Source: Octopus bimaculoides
Lineage: Eukaryota
DNA length: 49,167 nucleotides
Reading direction: 5' to 3'
Assembly: GCF_001194135.2 (NCBI RefSeq)
Contig: NC_068997.1
Coordinates: 35,243,249-35,292,415, forward strand
A model generated the notes under the pieces. That model made no database searches. It saw only the letters and a program-made list of their open reading frames with translations, and had not been told where the DNA came from. This document shows positions 1 to 12,129 of the stretch, piece after piece; positions within the stretch are counted from its first letter, which is position 1; the number at the start of each line of letters is the position of its first letter. Both the position numbers and the translations under genes were made by a program.

Positions 1-38
1 CCTTTACATCTCTCCTTTCTCTCTTCCTGTCTTCACTA

Positions 39-684
39 TGTAAAAATTAACACTTCCTTCTCCAAGCCTAGATTCGAAACCGAATCTAAGAATTCTCGAT
101 CGTTCAAACCACCACGATCAACAGGCGCGAAAACAGGTTTTCTTTGTCCTGTCAAAAAGTGATTGATGATCTCCCTTTGACCTTCGACCTAAGCCATGTC
201 AGGCGGAGTTCAAATCGACGGGAGCTGACCTATTTAGGTACAAACTTTGCTGCAGTATGTCTGTCCTTCTAGCTGCCACGATTCTTATAAATTCAGTGGT
301 CAACAAGACAGAAGCAGAGAGAAGGCCCTAGCAGCCAAACGAGGAACGTCTAGCCACGACAGCTTTTATCAGAGACCAGAGCAATGTTCGAAATTCACTG
401 TAGACTACTGTATCAGATGACTACGTACACCCACACACACACACACGCAAACATATATTCAGTTGTGATATATCACTTCTACAGATGTACCCTGTTTCTA
501 TTTCTAGCAACTCATAGCAGTTGTCAGCATTTTGCATGTAGTGAAGGATTATGTGTACCAACGACAAATTAAGTCCAGTGAATAAATTATTTTTAATTAT
601 GAATCGATTCACTCATTTGTTTACTTCAAAGGCATACGCATTCCTTTTGCATCTGTTTTCCATGATACACATCTAACCACTACA
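39..684 (+). mobile_element. Possible solo LTR-like insertion in a pyrimidine-rich low-complexity tract (tentative)
   Basis: Begins TGTA (39) and ends TACA (684), with ACTA on both flanks (35-38, 685-688). Internal TATAAA (~287) and AATAAA (~581). The flanks are ACTAC-rich repeats, so the 4-bp match could be chance. Confidence 0.35.
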
Positions 685-729
685 ACTACCTTTATATCTC
701 TCACTTTCCTCTGTTCTCTTCACTACCTT

Positions 730-838
730 TACATCTCTTTTCTCTCTGCCCCCCCCCCATTACCTCTACATCTCTCTCACTCTCCCTATCTATCACTCCG
801 CATTCTTCACCATGTCTCTCTCTCTCTCTCTCTCTCTC
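730..838. repeat. CT-rich low-complexity tract and (CT)n microsatellite
   Basis: Direct reading; (CT)n run at ~816-837. Confidence 0.9.
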
Positions 839-851
839 CATTTCCCTATAT

Positions 852-3800
852 TTGTCCCCACTTCTCGACGTTTCCTTCTCTGTATCTCAGCAAATAGACC
901 CCAGCAAAGCAAACTATATGAAAGAAAGCGTAAGTTTCAAAATTCAAAGAAACTGGCAGGTCGAGGAAATTAAAACAATGCTCATCGCATGGAACCTGGC
1001 AGAAGGTGCGTCGCCCAACACTCTTATTGCAGAGGCCCTGAAGAGCTCTGGTTTTCATCGAACTATAGCTCAAATTGAGAGAAAAAGAATGAGCTCATTT
1101 GCTCATATAGCTTAATACAACCACAGTTGGAATTATTAGAGAAGGTGAAGGTACAAAAGGGTGAAAAAGAAAAAGAAGCTTGTGATCTCATAGAATCTGA
1201 AAAGGGCCAGGATAAGGCTGAAAGAGAGGAACAAAAAAAAAGGAGACACCAACACTCTGAACAGCTGTAAGTCCAAGAAGAATGCCAAAGTTCACCAGGA
1301 GAAACCAAAGGTGAAGGCATGTGTGGATGAGAAAAACAGCAGCAAAGTAAAGCAAGAGAAACAAACGAATACAAAAGGCATCATTGGGCTGGCGAGCTAA
1401 GAATGGACGTGGGCCCAAGTTGGGTTCACAAAGAAAACGAAATAGAACCTGCAAAGGTAATGGCTCTGGTAAAAAGGAAATCAAACTGATCTGCAAGTTC
1501 TATGTAAGGAGTACCTGCTGGAATGGTGACGTTGGGACAGGCTGCAGATTTGCTCATCCAAAATCCCATATGAGCAGTGCTCGTTCCACTCACCTGAAGA
1601 CCAGGAAGAACAGCCTCCAACAACACAACATCAGATCACAAGATACAATGCCACCACCATGGAAGCGTGTGGTTGGTGCACGCACTGCTCCTAGGAAGAA
1701 ACAAACTGTCAATGCAGTACAGATAGCTGCTACTGAACAACAGGAATTTTTGGAGGTTGTATGGCAGCTGACCTGGCTTCACCAGACACCCAGTACGAAG
1801 AACACTTACCCATATCCACGACCACCTCAAACAACAAAGGATCCGGGGTGGCTACCTGTGACACTTCTGCACATGTCAGACCAGTGGCTACTACCGACAC
1901 TCTACGTGTCAGTATTTTTGCCTCGTAACGTCCCAACAACGCAAAACACAGTACCTGAGCGACTTAGTGACATGTAATCAAGCAATATGAGTGTCACTAA
2001 CAGAAACATATCTGAATGTGGACATATCAGATGCTGAGATACATATACCAGGGTATGTTGTGTTTCGAACTGACAGGAGAGAAAAGACTCATGGTGGAGT
2101 AACTCAATGGAACTAACAATATATGGTCTGTAGAAGACTACAGACATGCAGTCTACTAGAAGCACCCAACTCCTCTCCAGCCTGAACTTTCACAATGCTG
2201 ATTGGAAATGTATCGAGAAAGAGGTCATGGAACATAACTGGTCTACCAGTCTCTCTACAGAAGACATTGACATAAAGTTACAACACTTTACGACAATCCT
2301 GCATGATATCTGCAGTAAGTTTGCTCCAGAGAGAATGCCAAGCCAGCAGAAAAATATAATACCCAGGGATAGGATTCTAATGAGAGGAGCAAAAATCTCA
2401 AATTGTCTAAATGGGCCACTAAAGGATAACAAACGACCCTACCTCAAATGGACATTGCTTGAGATCAAAAATGAACTCAAATGCTCCCATAGAAAGGAGG
2501 CCAGGGCTGTCAAATATATAATGACAAACCCTAAAACTTCTATAGATATGCAAAAAATCTGCTTCAGTATGTTACAAAATAGGACCACTACTTGAAGAAA
2601 ATGGCTCACCTACTGCAGACTCCCAAAGGATCTGTGAAATACTGAATGTGCAATACAAGAGTGCTTTCACCACTCCACTGGGACACTTGCAAGTAGCTGT
2701 GCCTGATGAGCTCTTTGGCTCCACAGAACTACACAACAAAATGGCAATTATTGACAGCATCAACATAGAAGAAACTGATATGATATCAGCCATTGATGAG
2801 ATGAGATATGCTCAAACTCAGCAACAGGCCCTAGTGGATTCCCAGCAACCCTCTTAAAGAAATGCAAAGGGATTCTGGCTAGACCACTTCAGATTCTCTT
2901 CAAGAGCTTCTTCACAACAGGGAGTCTTCCCATAAAGTCAAAGGAAGGCATTATATGCCCTATCCATAAGGGAGGTAGCAGAGTAGACACTAAGAATTAT
3001 AGACCTGACTCTAACTTTCCATGTCAGTAAAGTCATGGAGTGCATTGTCAGAAAGAAACTAATTGCGTTCCTTGAAGATAATGACTTGCTTCCTGATACC
3101 CAGCATGTCTTTCACTCAGGCACAAGCTGCCTTACACAACTTTTGCAACACTATGACTGGGTGTTGAAACAATTAATGAATCGCTCAATGTAATATATCT
3201 TGACTTTGCAAAGGCCTTTCATAAAGTTGATCATGGGATCATATGTCACAAACTACGGAGACTCGGCATAACTGGGAAAATCGGAGAGTGTTTGCATGAC
3301 TTCTTAAAAGACAGAAACCAGGCTGTAGCAGCCAACGGAGTCCTCTCCACGGAGACATTAAGAAAAAGTGAAGTGCCTCAGGAAACTGTATTGGAACCAC
3401 TACTGTTCATGGTGGCTCTTTCAGACATGCCATCAGTTACACAGATAGCCAAACTTACTAGCTATGCTGACGACACAAAAGTAGTACAAGCAGTCAAGGA
3501 ACCTTCTGATGCTAATCTTCTACAGAAAGACCTAAACGCTATATATAAATGGGTTGAGGACAACAACATACAATTTAATGCAGGCAAATTCCAAGCCCTC
3601 TGCTACCAGCTAATTGGTACTCAGAAGTCACAACAACGATACTTTGGACTAAAAGGAGCGGCAATTCTAGAATCACATATGGAGCGTGATCTTGAGATTG
3701 ATATGAGCAATGATACCTCGTTTCACATGCATGTCACCGAGATGGTGGCAGTGTATAGGCAAATAGCCAAATGGATCCTGAGAACCTTCAGGACAAGGGA

Positions 3801-4449
3801 CCAGGAAATTATGCTGGTCCTATGGAGAACATTTGTCCTCAGCCGTCTGGACTACTGCTCTCTACTGTGTTCACCTTACACTACAGGATTAATAGCTGAA
3901 CTTGAGGCGGTTCAGCGATACTACACAAAGAAGATTGCATCAATGGAATAGCTGAGCTACTGGGAGAGATTGAAAGAGCTACAACTCTACTCCCTGGAGC
4001 GAAGACGATAGAGGTATGCAGTGATATATGTGTGGAAGATACTAGAGGGGCTGGCACCAAACTTTGGAATTGACAGTTATACCAGACCTTGAAATAGACG
4101 TCACTGCACTGTTTCGAAAGTCCCAGCTGTCACATCTAAGGCGAGAACTATGTGTTGCAATAGCTTGGGATTCAAGGGCCCACAGCTATTTAACTCCTTG
4201 CCAAAACATCTGAGGGATCTCCTTGGAGTGGGAGTAGCTATTGTCAAGAAACATCTTGACCTCTTGATATCCAAGATCCCAGATGACAATGTCAAGGCAG
4301 GAAACTCAAAGGAGGGCAGCGGTATCGAACTCCGTCCTTCATCGAAAGCCAATCCCATAAAATTGGCCATTTAAAAGGTGATTGTACTACTGGTGATGCC
4401 TCAGCATGGCCGCAGCCTTAATGCTGAAACATATAAAAGAATAAAATAA
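852..4449 (+). mobile_element. Degenerate near-full-length CR1/L2-group LINE (ORF1 with CCCH zinc finger, partial APE, RT, 3' tail)
   Basis: ORF1 remnants 852-1977 include CKFYVRSTCWNGDVGTGCRFAHP. APE-like DAEIHIPGYVVFRTDR..GGV at ~2032-2100. RT motifs IYLDFAKAFHKVDH (~3190-3235), VPQETVLEPLLF and SYADDTK (ORF 3292-3951). C-terminal GPQLFNSLP. Many stops and frameshifts. Confidence 0.9.
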
Positions 4450-4456
4450 TATGCAC

Positions 4457-4765
4457 ATAAGGGGCTGCGTGGTAAGTAGCTTGCTTACCAACCACATGGT
4501 TCCGCGTTCAGTCCTTGGGCAATTGTCTTCTGCTATAGCCTCGGACCGACCAAAGCCTTGTGAGTGGATTTGGGAGACGGAAACTGAAAGAAGCTCGTCG
4601 TATATGTGCGTATGTGTGTCTGTCTGTGTTTGTCCCCCCACCGTCGCTTGACAACTGATGCTGGTGTGTTTACGTCCCCGTAACTTAGCGGTTCGGGAAA
4701 AGAACCGATAGAATAAGTACTAGGCTTACAAAGAATAAGTCCTGGGGACGATTTTTTCGACTAAA
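4457..4765 (+). mobile_element. tRNA-derived SINE (abundant family, 3' tail missing)
   Basis: Head GCTGCGTGGTAAGTAGCTTGCTTACCAACCACATGGTTCCGCGTTCAGTCC with A/B-box-like motifs; body matches the copies at 23582 and 28757. Confidence 0.9.
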
Positions 4766-5330
4766 TCAGAAAAACCCCGGTTGCTTCAAACAAGCGAGAC
4801 CACTGGGCATATCATTGTACCTTACATAATACTCAAATATTGCGCACCAGAACTTTCTCCTTTACAACCGAACGTTTTAGTCTCTTAATTTCTACAATGA
4901 TATTCTCTGACATTTAAAAGGTAACCTTAGTGTGACATATTTTGAAGTAAGGCAATACCTCTTACTCGGCCAACCCTATTGCATTCACCTCTGACATTTC
5001 TAAGGTAATGGAATAGCCATTAACAATAACATTCTCCATTATCTTAAATCTCTCTTTCTCTCTCTCTCTCACGCGCGCGCGCGCGTCCACAGAACCAGAT
5101 CCACGTCATTCACCAGTGGGTCATCGCTTTAGAGAAGCTCGGTGTTGTGAGTGATCTGTTCTACCAAATTAGACTTCTGTTTCAGAACAGAACGTACATG
5201 TGTACATACATATGTACATGCATTCATACATGGTGATATATAAGAAGAAATGAATGTACATATAATGGCTCACGAGATGCTGGTAGAACAGTCAAAATTC
5301 AAGCAATAACATGTTTATTCATTCTTAATA

Positions 5331-6050
5331 TTAGGTTGTTTCGCATGAAATATCGCATTTTTAATTACTTGCTATTTCAGCCATTTAACAACTCAATTAT
5401 GTATACCTTGCATTTAATCTTGATTCTTTTTCTTTCTCAAAAATATTGGTATACAAAATTCGTACCCACAGACCTTATGAAAATGATAACAACCAAGCTA
5501 TGTTGAGTGATTTTCTCGTATGAGTTCAAACTGGGTCACTCTGCAGCAGAAGCTCTACGGAATATCAAACGGCCTTTGGTAATGGTTTTGTTAACATCAG
5601 AAATGTTCAGAGATGGTGCCAAAGTTCTCGTTCAGGAGATAATAGCCTTAAAAATAAACCAAGGGGTAGGCCAAAATCAGTTATTCGGCATGATGGATTC
5701 AATGCTTTAGTTGAACAAAATCCAACAAAGGTTCGAAAACTTTCATCAGAACTCCAAACATCTCGCGCAACTGTTTTTGAACACCTGTAAAAAATAGGAG
5801 AAGTCAAGAAAACGGATAGGTTTGTTCCACATCAACTGAACGAGATTCAAAAAACAGACGCTTTGAAGTATGCTCCTTATTGCTTTCTCGACTGGAAAAG
5901 ACTATTTTTGCATCAAATCATTACTTGTGATAAGAAATGGATGCTCTTTGACAACAGCGGGAGAACAGGACAGTGATCAGATGCAGGAGAGTCACCTAAA
6001 CACTACCCAAACCCACCATTGCACCCTAAAAAGTTAGCGATCACTGCACG
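5331..6050 (+). mobile_element. Truncated mariner transposon (left TIR and N-terminal transposase remnant)
   Basis: TA at 5329-5330 followed by TTAGGTTGTTTCG (mariner-type TIR start). Translations IFSYEFKLGHSAAEALRNI, FVPHQLNE (WVPHEL-like), IITCDKKW and YPNPPLHPKK. Ends in a (CT)n tract at ~6052-6100. Confidence 0.85.
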
Positions 6051-6069
6051 GATCTCTCTCTCTCTCTCT

Positions 6070-6102
<33 letters not shown>

Positions 6103-6408
6103 CACGCCCGGACACAAAAATAAGCGGTAACATTTTATTTACACCAAACACTAAATAATTTTGTGAGCTTTATCGGTTCGAGGTAGCTTCCATTGAAGAA
6201 ACACATAATAAGGTTTGAATCACAGCGATGTCTCAAATTCCCCTTACACTGGTGAATCATGTCCAAAAAGAGATGTACACTGATTACAAAATATAATAGT
6301 GATCAGATATTCGCAGTGTACTGACAATGAATAGATACGTTATTGAATATTGTTATATGCATGCACACATACACAATATGTGTTTATGCATGCATGTACG
6401 CATGTATG

Positions 6409-9023
6409 AAGGGTTGCCAGATGTCCCTTATATACGGAACATGTCCCATATTTGATAATTTTGTCTCCTCTCCCGAACTGACCTTTCAGGGACACGCCAA
6501 ATGTCCCGTATTTAGTTCATTTTCAAATTTCATAATAAAAATATTTTTTTACTACCTTCTTACGGCTGTTAGTTGTAACTTTATAAGTAACTGTGCTTTC
6601 TCTTTTCATATTCTCTTGATGAAATTAACCTAAATGTAACGAGGAAACTAGCGTTGTTAGAAGTTTACACAAAACTGATGTGTTTACAACTTGATACTGT
6701 CAACAAAGTGTGTTGTTACTACTTGTCACGGCCCACTTTTTTCTTACTTAAAAACTAATCCATCATCTCAAGATGCCAAAACGTAAGTATAAACTTCGTG
6801 ATGAATATTCCAGCGAATGAACATTATTCAAACAAAGCAGAAGCTGTTTTGAAGCAAACTGTGGTGTATGTAATTGCACTTTCAGTATTGAACAATAGCA
6901 GGAAGTCTGATATCAAGCAATACTTAAGTAGTATTGCCTCTACTTCAAAAGAAGTTGGTAAAATAACAAACTTCTTGATCAAGAAAAACTCAGATGAAGA
7001 AAGTAAAATAATAGCCGCAGAAGTTGCAATGGCATATCATACTGTCCGTCATCATCAGTCANNNNNNNNNNNNNNNNNNNNNNNNNNNNNNNNNNNNNNN
7101 NNNNNNNNNNNNNNNNNNNNNNNNNNNNNNNNNNNNNNNNNNNNNNNNNNNNNNNNNNNNNNNNNNNNNNNNNNNNNNNNNNNNNNNNNNNNNNNNNNNN
7201 NNNNNNNNNNNNNNNNNNNNNNNNNNNNNNNNNNNNNNNNNNNNNNNNNNNNNNNNNNNNNNNNNNNNNNNNNNNNNNNNNNNNNNNNNNNNNNNNNNNN
7301 NNNNNNNNNNNNNNNNNNNNNNNNNNNNNNNNNNNNNNNNNNNNNNNNNNNNNNNNNNNNNNNNNNNNNNNNNNNNNNNNNNNNNNNNNNNNNNNNNNNN
7401 NNNNNNNNNNNNNNNNNNNNNNNNNNNNNNNNNNNNNNNNNNNNNNNNNNNNNNNNNNNNNNNNNNNNNNNNNNNNNNNNNNNNNNNNNNNNNNNNNNNN
7501 NNNNNNNNNNNNNNNNNNNNNNNNNAGGAAAAAATTTTATCGCATTCCTCGCTAGCGTCTGGGACTCGAAGCGCAGCTGTTGAACATTGCAGACGTGTCT
7601 TTTACTAGCAGTTCGCCTACGCTCTTGTCCCGGCCGCATGGGATTTGACCAGCTCTGTTTACTGCTGGAGTTTCTGTGAGATTGTTTCTCACAGGTGTTT
7701 GATCAACTCTAGTTTTGCTGTTTTGGTTGCCAATTCATAAATTCGAGATGTTTCAAGATATATATTTCAATTGTTGTTGACTGTACTAATGAACATTTGT
7801 TATATGTTCGTGATAGAAGTCTATTTTGAATGTACCAGGATTTGTGCCAAACGGAAGAATGTTGTGTGTGTAACGTTCCGTTGAAGGTTGACTAAATTGT
7901 ACATAAACAATGAAGAGTATTATTATTGTTTGGACGCTTTTCTTATTTCTAAACAAATTGATGTAGGGAAATTGTGTGGCACCCACTCAGTGCAAGAAAT
8001 ATACAAACAAGAAAATTTCCTACAAAGTAATCATAATGCTGAGAAAAATTTCCCGTTGATTGTGCAATGTGAAAAGGATTTGCATACATAGACGTGAACA
8101 GAATTTGCTGATAAAATTATTGCAAGTAAGATCCTTCCCAAATGAGACCTCGGAAACAATAGCAAGCTTCTGCAGACAGAGCCTCGTTGAGTTAGGACTG
8201 GACGTGAAGAAATGTATAGCTTTTGGTGAAGATAAAACAAATATTAATTTTGACGGACGTTTATGCATAGGCACAAATAAAGTCTATTCAAAATTCAAGG
8301 AAAACATGAATGAATTTATGGAAGGAGTTGGATATCTAGCCCATATTCTGCACAATGCTGCTCATACCTCGGCCAATGTTCTTTCTGTTGATTTTGAAGT
8401 AAATGTTGTTGTTTTCACACTTTAGTATTTATACTGTTCGATCTGAGAAGTTGTAAGATTTCTGCGAGTTTGTTAGTGTGCAGTATGCCTCAATGCTCTT
8501 ACATTCTAAAACTCATTGGCCTTCTTTGACCAGAGCAGCTGAGAGAATCTCTTTTTGATCCCCCAAATTCTTGTAGAATTCTTCAATAATCCGCTGGGCG
8601 AAGCCTACTTATATTTTGGTCACATTTTTGAATGTTTTTAGCAACAGGGTTATGATGATAGAATAGAGAGAAAACAGCATTATTGAAGTGCTTGTCTGTT
8701 TAAAAGAACTTGTAGTTATAAAGGAAAGAATTAATGAAAAGTTTATTCCTCTCAGTATGAAGGATTGCCTTAATAATGATGATGTCAAATCTGAAGAGAA
8801 AAAGAAATTTCTACTTAAAGTGGATAACTACTACGGCACTTGCCATGACTATCTTGAGAAATGGGTTTCGTCTTTTGAAAATTTTGATAACTTTACATGG
8901 GTGTTATTAGAATTTGTATGGGAACATGTAGAATCGTCTTGTCTAGTGTTAAAGGACAAAGGTATAAAAATTGACGATTTTAAGAGTGTCCCATATATCT
9001 AATTTTCTAATCTGGCAACCCTA
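6409..9023 (+). mobile_element. hAT DNA transposon, Blackjack-like, degenerate, spans an assembly gap
   Basis: 13-bp TIR AGGGTTGCCAGAT (6410-6422) / ATCTGGCAACCCT (9010-9022). Degenerate 8-bp TSD CATGTATG (6401-6408) / TATGTACG (9024-9031). Subterminal TGTCCC repeats. Transposase fragments AAEVAMAYHTVRHHQSF, SNHNAEKNFPLIVQ and GVGYLAHILHN (CxxH-like). Confidence 0.85.
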
Positions 9024-9182
9024 TATGTACGATTCAACTCCACTGCGTGACATCTTGGCAAGTATCTTTTACTGTAGACCTAGGCTAACCCAAGCCAAGT
9101 GAATGAAACTGAGCAGATGTAGGATAGGTTGTGCCTCTAAATCAAAATTCATTCTAGTCACACGTTGTCACATTGATTCTCC

Positions 9183-10037
9183 AAGTGTGTTGTTACTACT
9201 TGTCACGGCCCACTTTTTTCTTACTTAAAAACTAATCCATCATCTCAAGATGCCAAAACGTAAGTATAAACTTCGTGATGAATATTCCAGCGAATGAACA
9301 TTATTCAAACAAAGCAGAAGCTGTTTTGAAGCAAACTGTGGTGTATGTAATTGCACTTTCAGTATTGAACAATAGCAGGAAGTCTGATATCAAGCAATAC
9401 TTAAGTAGTATTGCCTCTACTTCAAAAGAAGTTGGTAAAATAACAAACTTCTTGATCAAGAAAAACTCAGATGAAGAAAGTAAAATAATAGCCGCAGAAG
9501 TTGCAATGGCATATCATACTGTCCGTCATCATCAGTCATTCATTTCAAATGACTGTACGNNNNNNNNNNNNNNNNNNNNNNNNNNNNNNNNNNNNNNNNN
9601 NNNNNNNNNNNNNNNNNNNNNNNNNNNNNNNNNNNNNNNNNNNNNNNNNNNNNNNNNNNNNNNNNNNNNNNNNNNNNNNNNNNNNNNNNNNNNNNNNNNN
9701 NNNNNNNNNNNNNNNNNNNNNNNNNNNNNNNNNNNNNNNNNNNNNNNNNNNNNNNNNNNNNNNNNNNNNNNNNNNNNNNNNNNNNNNNNNNNNNNNNNNN
9801 NNNNNNNNNNNNNNNNNNNNNNNNNNNNNNNNNNNNNNNNNNNNNNNNNNNNNNNNNNNNNNNNNNNNNNNNNNNNNNNNNNNNNNNNNNNNNNNNNNNN
9901 NTTACTAGCAGTTCGCCTACGCTCTTGTCCCGGCCGCATGGGATTTGACCAGCTCTGTTTACTGCTGGAGTTTCTGTGAGATTGTTTCTCACAGGTGTTT
10001 GATCAACTCTAGTTTTGCTGTTTTGGTTGCCAATTCA
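9183..10037 (+). repeat. Apparently identical duplicate of 6706-7737 on both sides of gaps (probable assembly artefact)
   Basis: 9183-9538 matches 6706-7061 (offset 2477); 9902-10037 matches 7602-7737 (offset 2300). Both copies contain an N-run. Confidence 0.8.
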
Positions 10038-10867
10038 ACGTGCACGCACGACGCACCGCTAACAATTGAATATTCATCGTCCAAACCGACGGGGAATCCT
10101 TTTTATATTTGTCTGTGCATGTATATATATATATTTGTACATATATCTCAGTGTGTATGTATGTATGTATGTATATCAACAATGAGATTGCTTTCACAAG
10201 TCTTTTAAAAGTATGTCATTTCTTGATTTGTCCTAAAGAAAGACTGTAACATCTGTACGTGTTACTGTCTTTCTTTTGCAGGTTTGGAGTTTTTTGGTTT
10301 GCTCTGTAAAAATATCGTTTAAATTAAGGCAGCATGTGGACTTGACAAGCTGTGATTTATTTAAATATAATGGAAAATTTGAGAAAGAAAATAATGAAAT
10401 TAATTATAATCTCCAGGATCAATACTAAAACCTAATGAAATCTAACATTACTTTCAAAGTACGATAACTTGGCGATGACAAAATTGAATATCTTTTAATT
10501 CCATTGAATAAGTACATATTTGTGTTTGCATCCAAAGCTACGTTTGGAATTGCTTTAGATCAGATTTAATCCATACTATATTTTATTTTTAATTAATTTA
10601 AATTAATTCACACTCGGGGTCGTCTTCCTTATCTTTCTTGGTTAGAATTAATCATTAACATAATGATTTCTTATTAATTACATCTCATTGCTCACTATAT
10701 TAATATCTACTTTATAACACTGAGTGTGTGTATACGAGTAAGATCAGACTATTTTGAGAAAAAATTTTCCTTGATTTGATTCATCATCCTCATCATTTTA
10801 CATCTCATCCATTTACCATGCTGGCATACATTTGATGAGTCATCACTGAACCAGTTCTTATTAAAGT

Positions 10868-11974
10868 ACAATTCAGGTGGGGGAAGTGCGACTGCGTTTG
10901 ATGGTCGAGGGGAGGAAGCCCCGATGCTTTAAATGTGGCCATAAACCAGAAAAGGAAGCCCCGCCTGAAAAAGAACCAGAAAAGGCTAAAGAGACAGAAA
11001 GCGAAATACAAGAGTCCGAGACAGAGAGTGATAAGGACGTCGAAGGGGGGTAGGGGAGTTGCAAAAACGAAAAAAAGAAAAAGAAAAAAAACTGTCCCTC
11101 CCCAATAGTCCTACAGCAAAAAAAAAGAGAGAGAGAGAGAAATCACTACCAGAGCCAGAAAGAAATGTCCTGCCCAAGTCCCACCCATCCCGGCAGTAGC
11201 TGCTACAAATGGCAATCTTGTTTCAGAACTTCGTGATACAGACGATACGCATGATTTAACCCAGAAATATGAACATAGGACACCCAATGGGATTCTTATT
11301 TTTTCTATGACCAGAGACAATTATCACAAATTTTAAAATAAATACAATAAAGATATGGGGTCCTTGAGGTTGGACTTTTCTTCACAGATGTTTGAGGGCC
11401 TCATGGATATTACCCCGCAAGCCTCGGAGGAAGAAAAGGAAGAGGGGTTAAGTAACTGAATTCTTTCATGGACACTCTTAATGTTGGATGTATAAATGTA
11501 CGCAGCTTGAGGTCGACTTGGAAACAAGCCCGTTCCCTACATGACTTCAGGTCGCTTCGCTTGCGAAAGAGATCATGTGGAAGACCCGTGTGAAAGGTAT
11601 TGTGACAAGCACTTTCATCCCCAGCCTTGGTCTGGTGAGACTCTAATCCTTCCACATGAAAAGGAAATAAGGGTTGAGAAGGAGTGTCTGTCGCCGGATG
11701 TATACAAGAATAGACAGAAAATAGTAGTAAGAATGGTAGCAGTGAACATCTCCAATTAAGAGTGTCCTGAAAGTCTTCCCAAAGGTAGCAGTGGCGGACC
11801 GGGGCTTGCGGAGCTGAACGCGGAACCCGTCCCCCACTTCATCGTTTGACTTTTTGTACTGTTTCTCATTCGAATTTTTAATATTTTTAAGATTGTTATT
11901 CGATTGTTCATATCGGCCCAAATTCACTGTATCGTCCCCTCTACTTTTAGCCCCCTGTGGGCAATAAAGAACTA
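10868..11974 (+). mobile_element. 5'-truncated, internally deleted L1/Tx1-like non-LTR element with 15-bp TSD
   Basis: Direct repeat AGTTCTTATTAAAGT at 10853-10867 and 11975-11989. ORF1-like MVEGRKPRCFKCG at 10901. ORF2 start MDTLNVGCINVRSLRSTWKQ at 11468 joined to ORF2 C-terminus-like KEIRVEKECLSP..RMVAVN. 3' end GTCCCCTCT..AGCCC..GTGGGCAATAAAGAA resembles the reverse complement of 33260-33300. Confidence 0.75.
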
Positions 11975-12129
11975 AGTTCTTATTAAAGTTGCCGCTCTCT
12001 TAAACATTAGGATGATCGCGCTCTGCTAGAACGTTCCACTTTGCGATTTCTTATATTTTAGGTGATAAAAGATTGATATTTTTGTTCAAAAATTCCTTAA
12101 ACTGAAATCGTATTTGGTGAGGAGTGATA

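Noticed and set aside
2703-2730. CTGATGA as a hammerhead ribozyme core (also at ~18883, 21472, 35662)
   Set aside because: No appropriately placed stem II/GAAA and closing stems were seen; this one lies in LINE coding sequence.
5071-5086. A(CG)7T perfect palindrome (Z-DNA prone)
   Set aside because: It is a short microsatellite extension of a (CT)n tract with no supporting context.
6798-9992. Long ORFs of 135-261 aa around 7 kb and 9.5 kb
   Set aside because: Their length comes from runs of N; only the short hAT portion is real.
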